A stretch of 64,000 nucleotides of DNA from Octopus sinensis. Its lineage: Eukaryota. The notes beneath the pieces are model-generated. The model worked only from the letters and a program-made list of their open reading frames with translations, was not told the DNA's origin and made no database searches. Position numbers and translations under genes: made by a program. Shown one piece after another: positions 25,680-39,597 of this stretch. How positions within the stretch are numbered: position 1 is the stretch's first letter; each line of letters opens with the position of its first letter. The stretch spans positions 90,396,001 through 90,460,000 of the forward strand of contig NC_043001.1 of assembly GCF_006345805.1 (NCBI RefSeq), in the 5' to 3' direction.

Positions 25680-27000
25680 ATTATGTATAATTGATGGAAT
25701 GATTAACAAATAATGAGAATGAGACGGCTCGACTCACTCCCGCTGTGAGACGAACCGTGAATTTTTAACATTAATTCTCAATACCATCGGGTCTTACTCT
25801 GAGGCGAAACTACGACGATCTTCTTACCATTATCGTATAAAATGTTTCATTAAGTGTTCACATTAATCTTTCTATTTTATCTTTTTTCCAAATATTACAT
25901 TTTTTCCTTTTTTCTTTTACAATTTCACAAAACAAATAACACAAGTTCAATTCTCAGTTCATTTACAGTTCAATTCACATTTTTTTATAACATTAGTTGC
26001 ATTACACTCGTAATTATACTTACCGTCTACGTTTTTTCACCACATTTATTCTTTGTACGACATTTCTTCTCCCTCTCGTTCTCCTTCTTTTCTTGTTTTC
26101 CTTCTCGTGTCTACCGCTTCGTTCACATCTTCCTCCGTTTGTGTACCTGTAATTCCTCCCTGGTGCAAATACGTCTCTTCCATCTGTTCTTCTTTATCTT
26201 TGAGCTTAAACAACTCTAGACTTTCTCGCTCTGTTTCATCTTCGTTTCGCAGTTCCATCACTCTCTCTATCTCTTCTATAGGTCGTTCCTCAGTATTACT
26301 GTTCTTATATGTTGTATTCTCTGAGTAAAGAAATATATATGTTATATTCTCTGCTATTCCTTTACTTTTTTCGTTTCTTCTAAAGTTGGTGACTTTTTAC
26401 GTTCTCTCTTCCTACTCTTCCCCATATTCGTTCTATTATTGTTCTCCATCTTCTCTTCGTCGGCTGCTTTTTCTTCCACCGTTGTTTCCAAGCTTTTCTC
26501 TACTTCTGTATTCGGGCATTTCCTTCGCATATGTCCCCTCATGCCACACACGTAGAATTTTGGGGGTCTGCCCTGCAGCACAATATCCAACTTTTCACCG
26601 GTCGGTAATTCTACCGTTTCTGGTATTTTCTCATAGTATTCTGAGGTTACGGCGCAAACTGCTTCAATTCCGTAACCCCAGAAATTCAAACATTGGTGTT
26701 TTACTCACTGTTAGTACATCCAACTTTGTATTTCCTCTCTTCAAATTCTCTCCGAAGATTCCCACTATTACCCATTCAGGCTCTATTATGGGTGGGATTC
26801 TTCCAACTCTAATTTTCACCAACTTTTTTCTGGTGTGACGGGTATGAGAGTCCACTCCTTTCTATCACTTGGTCGTTCATCTTTGCCTTCTCCACATTTT
26901 CAAATATAACATTTACCGTGCCGTATTGGCTTCCTCAATCTACGAAAACCTACCTTCTCCACGTATAGCTACTGTGGAGAATGTAGGTAATATTTTGCAA
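25680..27000 (-). mobile_element. ORF1-only non-LTR element, diverged copy 2
   Basis: IRVGRIPPIIEPEWVIVGIFGE...FWGYGIE...GRPPKFYVCGMRGHMRRKC, homologous to copy 1. Confidence 0.72.
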
Positions 27001-27049
27001 AGTAACTTTCAGAAATTAATTGTCTCTTACATCCAGCGTGATTAATTCG

Positions 27050-27938
27050 TTTAGGTGTGTTACTAGGTAAAACCATTTCCGTTGAACGTTTTTCATCTTT
27101 TTAAAATATTGATATTAATAAATGTTTTTTTATTGGCATTTAATTATTAACATAATGTCATCTCAGTTCATTGTATGTATTTCTTTAAATCCGCTAAGCT
27201 ATTGATATTATTTATGTTTTTATTTACATTTCATTATTAGCGCACAATTGTCATCTTAGTTTATTACGTCATATTTTTTGACATAATGTCTCCAAAGAAG
27301 AAATCCTCCATTGGTCGAAAAACAGCGGTAGTAGAGAAATTGCAAAGAATGAGAGCAAATGAATCGTCACATGAGACTTAAATTAGGCACTCACAAAATG
27401 CTGCACGTACAGCTACTGCAGGTGCAATGGAAAGCGATGAACAGCATAGTATTTGCCTGGTCAGGAATGCTGTATTAACACCTTCAGCCAGTACCACCCG
27501 CTGACCATATCATTTCTTTCATATAAATTTCCTTCATGTGGTACTATTGAGCGCGCTCACGGGCTAATTTATCTCATAAATGTAGTTCCTATGTCTGCCG
27601 ATTGTTCAGCGTGGTAGCGGCAGCGCCGACATCCGCAAAGGAGAGTACGTTCACTGAGAGCTTTTTGGTGCGTTCAAAACGCACATAACCCCCACATACA
27701 AACCACCGCCGCCACCACCACACACATACACACAATTTTCTATGACTAGGTTAGGGCCTGGAATCTTCCAAACAGACGCATGACATGTCACTTAGTTGAA
27801 TTAGCCCTTCATTTACTCTACAAATGTTTTGTCGTCAATGCTGCACTTCCCCGTATTACATGTTTTAACTTAACTGTACTATATATATATACAAACTACG
27901 GCATTTAAATCCCGAGCAACGCCAGGTAAGACTCCTAA
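27050..27938 (+). mobile_element. Helitron remnant
   Basis: Decayed N-terminus MSPKKKSSIGRKT...RANESSHE at 27286 resembles Rep-Hel starts. The 3' end CCCGAGCAACGCCAGG...CTAAT matches the end of the 16722 element. Confidence 0.65.
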
Positions 27939-27958
27939 TATATATATATATATATATA

Positions 27959-28014
<56 letters not shown>

Positions 28015-28274
28015 TCTAGTGGGTTTTTGAAGTTTTCATTCCGTTATAGTGCGCTTAAAATTCCCGCGTTTTAAATCACAACTTCTTAGTTGCTAAGGTG
28101 ACAACATTCTGCCTATTCATCTATCTTTCACACACACACACGCACACACACAAACACACTTAAACACACACATACACATAAACTCACACGCAAACAACAA
28201 CAAAAATAACAATATATCTTTCGAATCTTGCTAGTTACAATGATGACAGTAGTTTGCTTATCAGTCTATCTTTA

Positions 28275-28327
<53 letters not shown>

Positions 28328-28330
28328 AAT

Positions 28331-28369
<39 letters not shown>

Positions 28370-28661
28370 CTCACTGTATTTCTCTCTCAACAACTTTTCC
28401 CCTCCCCATTCTTCTAAAAATACATTGATGCATTGTGACATAGATTTTGATCCCTCCCCTTCTTTGCCTCCCTTTTATATAGGTTGTGATGGACAGAAAA
28501 ACACGGAGATACGCTTGTCTTTTATAATATAAAATTATCTTTATATGTATGCATTAGTATGTTCCTATCTACTTTTACGTCGTGTTAAGGGAAGTAACTC
28601 AAATCAGATCATAATGGTATACCGTGGTAAAACCTATTTCTTAATTGTAATGGCTGTTTTA

Positions 28662-29060
28662 GGCGGCGAGCTGGCAGAAACGTTAGCACGCCGGGCGAAA
28701 TGCTTCGCGGTATTTCGTCTGTCTTTACGTTCTGAGTTAAAATTCCGCCGTGGTCGACTTTGCCTTTCATCCTTTCGGGGTCGATAAATTAAGTACCAGT
28801 TACGCACTGGAGTCGATATAATCGACTTAATCCGTTTGTCTGTCCTTGTTTGTCCTCTCTGTGTTTAGCTCCTTGTGGGTAGTAAAGAAATAAATATTTC
28901 GTCTGCCGTTACGTTCTGAGTTCAAATTCCGCCGTGGTCGATATGCCTTTCATCCTTTCTGGGTCGATAAATTAAGTTCCAGTTCCGTACTGGGGTCGAT
29001 CTAATCGACTGGCCCCTTCCCCCAAAATTTCTGACCTTGAGCCTAGAGTAGAAACGAATT
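28662..29060 (+). mobile_element. SINE family B (GGCGGCGAGCTGGCAGAA), dimeric
   Basis: GAGTTCAAATTCC B box and GCCTTTCATCCTTTCGGGGTCGATAAATTAAGTACCAG block, each present twice. Confidence 0.93.
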
Positions 29061-29234
29061 GTAATGGCTGTTTGTTTGTAGTTGGTAGTCATAGAAGTGG
29101 TGGTGGTGGCGACATTCCTCGAAGTAATTGTTTACACTGAGATGCCTACGTAAAATCATACGATATATTTTCAACTTTAGTCTATAAAAACTTCTACGGC
29201 TTCCAGTGTCAAAAGTCGCCATACAATTTATCTT

Positions 29235-29570
29235 TTCATAAGAAACAGTTTATAAGAAGAGTTTTTTTTCTATTTAACAGGCTCTATATGGTTGCCATTG
29301 TTTTGAATACACGTTGCAATACGTTTACCCCCCACTCATTGTGAACTCGTAATAGCACATCTGGTGATACGTGTGCAAATGAGTTGGTGATGCGTACCTT
29401 CAAATCATTTATGTCTTTTATCTTTCCGCGAAACGTCATGCCTTTCAAATGCCCTCCCCCCCCCCCAAGATAGAAATCAAGAGGGGTCAAATCAGGGGAT
29501 CAAGGGGATCTTATAAACTGTCTCTTATAAAAAAAAAATTTTCGTATGTATGCAGACTTTGAATCCCACT
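29235..29570 (-). mobile_element. Tc1/mariner-superfamily transposase C-terminal remnant between short inverted repeats
   Basis: SPDLTPLDFYL..GHLKG...DLKVRI. ATAAGAAACAGTTTATAAGA (~29238) is inverted relative to TCTTATAAACTGTCTCTTAT (~29509). Confidence 0.75.
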
Positions 29571-29576
29571 ATATAT

Positions 29577-29972
29577 AGGCGCAAGTGTGTGATAAGTAGC
29601 TTGCTTACAAACCACATGGTACTGGGTTCAGTCTCATTGCGTGGCACCTTGTGCTAGCGTCTTCTACTATGGCCTTGGGCCGACCAAAGTTTTGTGAGTC
29701 GATTTGGTAGACGGAAACTGAAAGAAGTCTGTCGTATATATATATATAAATATGTATATGTGTATATGTTTGTGTGTGCGTTTGTCCTCCACCATCGCTT
29801 GACAATCAATACTGGCGTGTCTATGTCCGTAAATCAGCAGTTCGACAAAAGAGACCGATAGAATAAGTACTAGGCTCACAAAGCATAAGTCCTGGGGTCG
29901 ATTTGTTCGACTAAAAGCGGTGCTCCAGCATGACCGCAGTGAAATGACTGCAACAAATAAAAGAATAAAAGA
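29577..29972 (+). mobile_element. SINE family A
   Basis: Matches the copy at 10473. Confidence 0.92.
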
Positions 29973-30909
29973 ATATATGTATGTATGTATTTACATCTAT
30001 ATATCTATATCTATCTATACTTATATATATGTGTATGTGTGTAAGTATATACATATATGCGTGTGTGAATGTGTGTGTGTGTGTGTGTGTTGTGTACATG
30101 TGTATGTGTATCTCAACTTACCGTCCATCTATCCCTCCCTCGGTTTTTTATCGCTCCCTCCCCCTCCCCCTCTCTCTCTCTCCTCCTATCTATCTATCTA
30201 TCTATCGATCGATCGATCATCTTGCGTGCCATTCGCCGTCGTTTTCCCCATCGCAATAACCATAGACAAATCTCACTTTTCACTGGCGAAACTCGTGCCA
30301 TTTTCACGGTTTTCGCAGACAATTATAATATTACAATAAGCGATGGTAAAAAAAAAAATCCAGATTTTATACAAAATGAGTATAATAACTTCCGTTTTCC
30401 CCATACAACTAATTTTAACAGCCACGTATCATACAAGTTCACTTCTTACATAACATAGACCCAATAAACACATGACATGAACCAAACAGATTTTTGTTTT
30501 AGAAGCTACGTAGCTAATCCACGATCAGTTTTACAGCGTTAAAATTGTGTAATCTCCTTACCTTTAACATTTAGAAAGAACGCACACGCGTACACTGTAC
30601 ACACACACACACATACGCACGCACTTTCATACACATACACATTCATACTGATTCACACACGTGTTTATACATGCATATATACAAGCAGATACAGGCACAT
30701 GCTCGCAAACACATACTCAGCGCATAATTAACGGTGCCGGTAAAAGACTATATATTTAACACACAGATGTAAATATATAAAAGTAGGAATATATATAAGT
30801 AGGAATAGTGTAATATATATATATATAATATATATATATATATACACACATGCATATATATATATATATATGTATGTATGTATACACACACATATATATA
30901 TATGTCTAT

Positions 30910-30950
<41 letters not shown>

Positions 30951-31039
30951 CATTTATATATATATTTACATATGTATATATATATGTGTGTGTAAGAGAG
31001 AGAGAGAGAGAATGAATGTGACTGAATAAGTATGCAGGA

Positions 31040-31100
<61 letters not shown>

Positions 31101-31130
31101 AGAGGGAGTGGAGGAGAGGAGAGGAGAAAG

Positions 31131-31219
<89 letters not shown>

Positions 31220-31328
31220 TGCATGAATTTACGTGCACACAGACACATACATATTTGTGTACGTGCGTGTGTATGCTCTGCCTATTCGTACGTAAATGCT
31301 TCTGTGTGAATATATGTGTGCGTGTGTG

Positions 31329-31359
<31 letters not shown>

Positions 31360-33639
31360 ATGCGCACGTAAATGTATGTGCGCGTGTTTTGTCTGCATTT
31401 TTTGCGTGGGAAGTAGAAATTTCAAGACAGTGATTGATTTGTGCCTGAGAAGTTGCTTTTAAGTCACGTTTAGATTTGAGATTTCCTGGCTGTGATTTGA
31501 TAACTAATCCAGCATTCCACGACTACCACACCACCACCGCCACCACCATTACCACCACCACCACCACCACCACCTCCCTGTATCATTAGATTGTTTTAGT
31601 TCCCAATGTTTGCTTCCTTTGCTTTGCAGTATTGACACAACACGGTTTTAAACAGGGCTACAAAGAAGTATTTTAGCGATGTGTTTTAACTTCGTTTGTA
31701 GATGTTTAGGAAGCTTTCATACAAATACGGTAACCAAGAGAGACAGTTATTGCCACGAGTTTGTTGATGACGTAAATACTATTATAAAACAATCAAGATA
31801 TATTTGTATACATTTTTATGTACATGTATGTTAATGCCGATCTCTATGTCTTAAATTAATATAAACAATACAAACGATAAGGAATTACTCTTGTTCTGAT
31901 AGCCACTAACTTCAGCATTAATTTTTGGTGTATTTTAATCTATTTAATGACATAATTAGGTAAAGAATAGAGATAACAAAATCCTCCCTATTTGGTGAAA
32001 GTTTTAAATGGAATGACTATGGGAAATTAAATTTGTAAATCCGTGGATTTGGTACAATGTAAACGAGAGAACATTGTAGTAGATGTGTGAAAGCAGTGTT
32101 GTGAGTGAACAAACACTTAAATCAATTCAAATATGGAACACATTTAACTTATTTACTCACAACACGGTTTTCACGACAAACCACAGTGAAAGCGGCCTTT
32201 TCTTTTTACAAGTAAACGTATTTGAACTGATCTGGATGTTTGTTTATATAAAAAAAAACTGCTTTCAGGTACCTATTACAATAATTTGTTCTAGCCTGGC
32301 CAATATTGCACGGAATCAGTTCATGTTTTGACTGTCATTTTCTGCAAGGAAACGAGGAATTTCAGAGTCATTTAAAGGTTTTCTCTCTCGCTGTACCCGT
32401 TGCTGATGATTATCAAGAAGGTAGAAATGCGTTCACTGTTTCGCCACAGGATGCCGTGTAAAGACTGTTGATGTTTTTAGTATCTATTGCCCAAAGCAAG
32501 AATTTTTCTAAAAGGTGAACCACTGCGAAGACGGGTTTTTACAGGTCAAATATGTCGCAAATATATTCGAACTGATGTGAATGTTTATAAGTTTGATCAT
32601 TAAGGACTCAAGAAGCTATATATATATTTTTTTATAGAAAGCAAAAGTTTAACTAAGTTAATATTAAGCTGGTTTTTTGGAAAATAAATTAAAATAAATA
32701 TTAATGGAAAGCTTTCACTTACGTCACTTTAAAAAGGGAATTGATATCGTAAAACCAGCCGCAATCTCAGGGAATTTGGTATCAAAAGGGAAAATGTCTC
32801 CTAAAATTTCGTACACCACCATGAAGTTATCTGAGAACATTAGCTAAGCATTCCTCGTCCAGCCGAATTACATGACCAACACATTTAAGTTCAGACTGGA
32901 TAAGAAAAGTTTCAATATCGGAGATGCTATATTTCTTGAAGATGTCAGGTTTATGAACTCTGTTCTTGAACGTTAACTTACAAACTGTACGCAAGTAATT
33001 TTTGTAGAAGGTAACTAATTGTTATAAACGGGGCCTGTAAGGAGTCCAGATCTCAGATTCATTATGTAAGGCTGAATAAACTACAATTGCAATAGAATAA
33101 ACCATCTTGCATTGATCACCAACGTGAAACTTCCAAATAGCGCTTATATAATACACAAAACTCTGCCCCATCGCCTATTTTTAATTAACATTTCCACGAG
33201 AAATCTTACAGGTAATGGTCGATTACAGAGACTGAAACCGCACAGTTTTCAGCATCTTGGTCTCTCAGTTCGAAGGTATTGACGCTCAAATCTATGCGTT
33301 TTGCTGCAACAGACTGCTGGTTATGCAGTTTATTGGGAACCGCTTGACAAAGTACCCGTTTACCAAGCACTGCCTTCACGCACCGACGTTAAAGAAACGT
33401 CGGTTAAAGACTGCGATAACTTACAATTATTATCGAAGAACGTGCCAGTGGACTCATCCCAGGTCAATGAAGCAGTCCGTCCTCATCCAAGGGTGACTTT
33501 AGAACTAAATCACCGAATAACTCTTGACCACAGCATGACTTAACTCTCAGGATGAGAGGATCAGTAGAGAAAATAAAGAAGCTCTGTATGCTGCGTCACT
33601 TTATGAAAAAATCTTATTTCTGCAGAGTACTTGACTCCA

Positions 33640-33749
<110 letters not shown>

Positions 33750-33762
33750 TATATATATATAT

Positions 33763-33793
<31 letters not shown>

Positions 33794-34193
33794 AAAGGAG
33801 AGGGAGATAGATATAGATAGAAATAGATACACATATATATTTATATATTTATATACATAAAGAAATATGTATATGTGTGTATGTATGTATCTATGTACGT
33901 ACGTATGTATGTATGTATGTATGTATGTATGTATGTATGTATGTATGTATAACGATGGTGTTAAGCAAAAGTCTCGTAAGTCCAAAAAGTTGCTTTTTCA
34001 GAAAACGAAAAAGTAGTTTCACCATTTCTTTGCAAAAACGTTGTACTGCTACACTTTGACAATTTTTGACATCTTAGCATCTACAGCTGGATATGATAGT
34101 TTGACCAAAATAACCGGCTATTGCAAGGAAAAATATTGTAAAACACGCATTTTGCCAAATTTCGACATACAACAGTTGAACATAATAGCAATG

Positions 34194-34284
<91 letters not shown>

Positions 34285-34286
<2 letters not shown>

Positions 34287-34582
34287 GACTCTCCCGTCGT
34301 TAGACGACGTATGAGTGTTCGACAATTTCTTACCGAACAACCACACAGATGATTTCTTTATAGTGATCAAATGTTTGTGTAGACATAAGCTCACTCCCTC
34401 CATCAAATCGGCATTACCTGTACAGGTGCAACTGGGTGTCACATGTCAGATGTCAAAATGATCGTAGGGCAACGTGAAGTGCAGTGCTTTGCTCAAGAAC
34501 ACAACGCAACGCCCGGTCGGGGAAACGAAACAACGATCACGCAGTCCTGAGTGCAACATCTAACAACTAAGCCATGCGCCTT
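34285..34582 (-). mobile_element. SINE family D
   Basis: The reverse complement begins GGCGCATGGCTTAGTTGTTAG and contains GCGTTGTGTTCTTGAGCAAAGCAC. Confidence 0.85.
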
Positions 34583-35917
34583 CACACAGACACACACACA
34601 CACTTTCATATATATATATGCACGTATGCATATATGTGTATATGTGTGTGACTGAATGAATGAATGAATGTATGTATGCATGTACACTGCATACCGCCGT
34701 TGAATGTGCACGTAAATGTGCACACAGTTTTAATAGAATAAATATAATTAAGTTGCCCGATATATATTGGCTCCTTGTTTACTTGTTTATAAACAATGTG
34801 TTGCATGAACGCACACATGTGCACGCATATGCATGTACACACACAGAGAAATGAACGCACGCACGCATATACATACACGTATAAACTTCCTGTGATTGCA
34901 TTTGGTGGAGTAAGAAGGAAGTGAAAAGGATGTTTGTGGATGTAGAAGACAATGGGGTAGAGACAGGGAAAGAGAAGAGGGCAGAAGCGAGAGAGGTGAG
35001 ATGTAGAAAGAGCGAAGCTAGTAAAAATACAAAATATAAATTATGAAAATTTAGCTTCTTTTTAATTAATAAGTTAGTAAACTGATACATAAAAAATATA
35101 TGTTTATTATTCATATTTTTTAGTGTTGAAACTTCAATACATATTAGTGATTTGTACTGAGTATTGATTCATCTAAATACCAGAAAACAAAAGAAGGATA
35201 GAAACGGGAAAATTAGAGACAGAACAGAAAAATAGAAGGAAACGAAAAAGAAGATATAAGGCGAATTACAAAACAAATCACCTCACCACCACTACAACCA
35301 CCATCACACTATCACCAACGACAACAACATCAATAAGAATATCAAAGAACTACACACACTATTCGAATGTCCTTGATTCCCAATATGTTTATTGATTCTC
35401 CACTGAAATATGTTGGTTTTTCTTTTCAAATCCAAACAGATTCTTCCATATTTGTCTGCCTGCTTTGTTCGTTTCTTCTTTCGAATCAGAATCGAATTCC
35501 TCTGGGATTTCGATTTCTATAAGAATGACAGAATTCTCTCGATAAACTGCTTGATTGGTTCTTAAAAAAAAAGCAAAACACGAATATTTACACATTGACG
35601 TCTTCACATCCATCAGAAACAGGAGAGCAAGCACCTAAACGTGCAGTGTTAGACATGAATACACATATACACATATACACACGCTCACAGTAATAAGTTA
35701 TGTGAATAGACCTGTGTATTAATTTCATTCATGCATACTCATATCAAACATGAAATATAAGGAGATATAGGATAAGCATACATAAGCGTACACATATAAA
35801 TGTATGCTTGTATGTATACAATTTTCTTTAAATAGCATACTTATATGAATATTGTGCATATCTATCTATCTATCTATCTATCTATCGATCAATCTATATA
35901 TATATATATGTATGTAT

Positions 35918-35967
<50 letters not shown>

Positions 35968-36032
35968 TGCATTTATATATGTGTGTATGTGTGCGTGTGT
36001 GTGTGTGTGTGTGGTGAATACATACATACATG

Positions 36033-36475
36033 CTGAGAAATTAGACTTCTCAAAACCAGAAAGGAGAAAGCTGATTCGAAGACTACAGATCCAAGCAATC
36101 ACTGGAATTGTAAAAATCTGTAAAACTTTCCAGAAGTTTATAATTTAAATATATATGAGCATATCTAGATATGCATCTATATACATGAGAATACATACAT
36201 AAAACAAAGGATACAAATCCGCACACATACGTTCATACGTACATACATATATACGTACATACATACATACATACATACATACATACATACATACATACAT
36301 ACATACATACAAACATACATACGTACATACGTACACACATACATACATACAAAAATACAATGTGTATGCTGTTAAAATTCCAATGAAGGAGCCTTGGATC
36401 TACTTTTGAAAATGGCTCTTTCTCTATTTGCAAGGAATCTTGAAATAAAACTGAATAATGGCATACATAACGCAT
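36033..36475 (+). mobile_element. R4/Dong-like LINE 3' end (ORF C-terminus plus 3' UTR)
   Basis: EKLDFSKPERRKLIRRLQIQAITGIVKICKTFQKFII*, homologous to 62586-63090. Embedded in (CATA)n. Confidence 0.8.
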
Positions 36476-36659
36476 ACATACATACATACATACATACATA
36501 CATACATACATACATACATACATACATACATACATACATACATACATGCATGCATGCATGCATGCATGCATGCATGCATACATACATACATACATACATA
36601 CATACATACATACATACATACATACATACATACATACATACATTCTAGAAGTCGTCAGA

Positions 36660-37270
36660 CTTTTTCAGGAGAGACATTTATTAATTTCAAAGTACAAATT
36701 TCTAACCTCCTTCAAGATAGGATTCTCTGACTTCAGTGCGTGAAGGCCTCTTGCTGGTCCTCCAAAATGGAAAGGTCCGCGATTCTTGTTACAGCCTCTT
36801 TCATCTTCTCCTTCAGCTGGGAGAACAACCAAAAGGCAAAAGGAGCAAACTCCAGACTACAGGGAGGCTGAAGGACAGTTCTGATGCTTATCTCTGTCAA
36901 GTGCTTGGTTATTAGGATTGAATTGTGGACTGGTCCATCGTCCCATTGCAGGTGCTCCGGACTTTCATGACGAAATCTCTTGAACTTCCTCTAAAACCTC
37001 CACAAAGTACTCTTTGTTGACCGTGTGACCAAATAGAACCCAGTAGATATAGATGATACAATAGATGTTGAAAAAGGAGATTATCATGAGCTTCCCGGAG
37101 GACTCACTTTGCCTGAGTTCTTGTGCCAGTGAAAGCAGATGTTCGGCCCATACAACGTACTCCATATGCAATCTGGAGCTTTCTATAAGTTTCTGTAGCG
37201 GTTTTGCCCAGTCTTACACAAAGTTTTATGACATTACGAACTTCCACAGAGACATTGAGCATGCTGCGGC
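36660..37270 (-). pseudogene. mariner transposase remnant
   Basis: VEVRNVIKLCVRLGKTATETYRKLQIAYG (N-terminal HTH) and SGKLMIISFF...GHTVNKEYFVEVL. Confidence 0.88.
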
Positions 37271-37419
37271 AAGATTGCGGCGACGAGGCAATGGGTCGTA
37301 GCAATGTTTCGAGTGTCACGGGCGCTTTAGAAGCAAAAGGACGTCTCTGAAAAACTATGTGCGATCTTGAGGACCTTCCACTAGCGTCATCCCCGGAAAA
37401 TTAGAGAAAAATTGTCAGC

Positions 37420-37773
37420 TTTTGTCTAAGTATCTTTGTGGGACAATAAATAACGTTTTGAAGCGTTTGATGGAACTATGGCGCACAAAAAAAGGGTTTT
37501 CCACGATGACAATACACCCTGTCATCGAGTTCTCCTCACTTGTAAGTTTCTCGTCGAAAAAACAACATGGTATCGCTTCCGTATCCGCCCTAATTGCCGG
37601 ACTTAGCATTTGCGGACATCCACCTCTTTTCTACGATTAGAATACAGCTCAAATGTTGACGTTTAAGACTGTTGTTGAGATCCAGAGTGAATCGCAGAAA
37701 GTTCTCGACTAGCATACGGAAAACGACTTCCCAGCAGGATTCCAAAAGTGGCAGGAATGGTGGGACCAGTGTG

Positions 37774-37778
<5 letters not shown>
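37420..37778 (+). pseudogene. mariner transposase C-terminal remnant
   Basis: HDDNTPCHR...SLPYPP*LPDLAFADIHLF (decayed HDNA / YSPDLAP motifs), then [11 protein letters not shown]. Confidence 0.85.
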
Positions 37779-37843
<65 letters not shown>

Positions 37844-37858
37844 ATGTATGTATGTATG

Positions 37859-37904
<46 letters not shown>

Positions 37905-37949
37905 CACACACACACACACACCCACACATATATATATATATATATTTAC

Positions 37950-38037
37950 AAAATGAGTAGAGATGGCTTTTTGTGGGGATAATTTTTATTTTAATATTAA
38001 AAAATTATCCCCGCAAAAATCCATTTCTACTCATTTT
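37950..38037. repeat. ~38-bp-arm hairpin beside a (TA)n tract
   Basis: AAAATGAGTAGAGATGG.TTTTTGTGGGGATAATTTTT / AAAAATTATCCCCGCAAAAA.CCATTTCTACTCATTTT. Confidence 0.85.
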
Positions 38038-38194
38038 CTCAAATGTTTAATATTGTACTTTCTTTTTATAATTCTACTCTCTCTCTCTCCCTCTCTCTCT
38101 CTCTCTCTACATATATATATTATATAATATATATATATATATATAATGTATAGACATATATATATATAATGTATAGACATATATATAGACACAC

Positions 38195-38264
<70 letters not shown>

Positions 38265-38365
38265 ATAAAGCATATATATGCACATAGTGAACGTAGAGCG
38301 TAATGCAAATAGATGAATTGGTGGTATAAAATGACTTTGCGAGGAATCTTCAGCAAGTATAATGT

Positions 38366-38446
38366 CTTACGGCTGTTTCGTGAGAATATAGGTTAGTATG
38401 GGTGAGTTAATTCCAATAATAATCATCTACATTTCTCTCATCAGAA
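38366..38446 (-). ncRNA. HHR-like motif with long stem II
   Basis: CUGAUGA-GAGAA...UUCUC-AC-GAAA-CAGCCG-UA; stem I is weak. Confidence 0.5.
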
Positions 38447-38494
38447 TAACTCTAAGAGGATTTATAAAAAAGTTATTTAAACCTTAGAGAGCTC

Positions 38495-38835
38495 AAATCT
38501 CCGCCAAGGCAATACCATCGTCCTCTCAACAATTAGCCAGAGATGATTTTTAAAATGAAAATATCTTAAATAAACTCGACTGCTCTCACAATCGAGTATA
38601 CTAAAAATGAATCCAACCGCTCTCAAAAGTTAAGTGAAAAACGAAAAATAATCCAGAATCCTTGTCTGGTACCGGATCGATCCCAAAATCTAATCAATTC
38701 GTGCCAGTCACGAGGCCAAACATCCCTAAATGTTTCATCCGAATTCATCCAACGGTTCTTGAGATATCTTGTCCACGGAAAACAGACAAACACGACTGAA
38801 AGCAATACCTCCGCCTTCGCTAAGACGGAGGTAAC
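38495..38835 (+). mobile_element. Small non-autonomous DNA element (Helentron/DINE-like ends)
   Basis: Terminal hairpin ACCTCCG...CGGAGGT at 38807-38832, with CTCCGCC repeated at about 38500. Confidence 0.5.
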
Positions 38836-39078
38836 AACCCAAACTATCAACAGATAAGGCTAAAACACCTAAATAAAAAAAAAAGTAGTAAAAATTGAAA
38901 TTCTCGCAAAAAATTAAGCCAAAGTTGAATATATTGATTTGGGTTCTTACTAATATATATATTTATTTATTTTTGAATTCTCTTTTTTTTTCTTTTGGCA
39001 AGTGAATGGTGACTAGAATATGATCTAGTTCTTCATGACTACTTCTAGCCATTGTCCACAGTGGTCGTAGTTTAACTC

Positions 39079-39210
<132 letters not shown>

Positions 39211-39402
39211 CAGGCAAAAGATGCTATTTCAGTCTGTAAGGAACTCTCCTTTTTTAGGATATAAATGAATTTATGAAGAGACTTTTACCTTTTGAATTCA
39301 TAATGCAATTTAATTGCAAAATAAGAATGTTGGAATTGAAACGTGCGTAGATGACATGAAACTGATTACTATTATGTAAATAGACTGATTTTCTCTTATT
39401 TT

Positions 39403-39529
39403 CATTATTTACATTTGACGGATATTTGTCTTCATCTTGTTTGTTGTTAACACAACGTTTCGGTTGAGGTGTCTTGGGGTAATTTTGAACCTAAGTTCTC
39501 ATTCCTAAGGTATTATTATTATTATTATA

Positions 39530-39597
<68 letters not shown>

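Noticed and set aside
33257-33543. Two overlapping ~80-aa non-repetitive ORFs
   Set aside because: No recognisable motif or convincing splice signals; ORFs of this length are expected by chance.
35389-35634. Minus-strand ORF with acidic stretch (EIPEEFDSDSKEE) as an exon
   Set aside because: No recognisable homology and no clear donor site.
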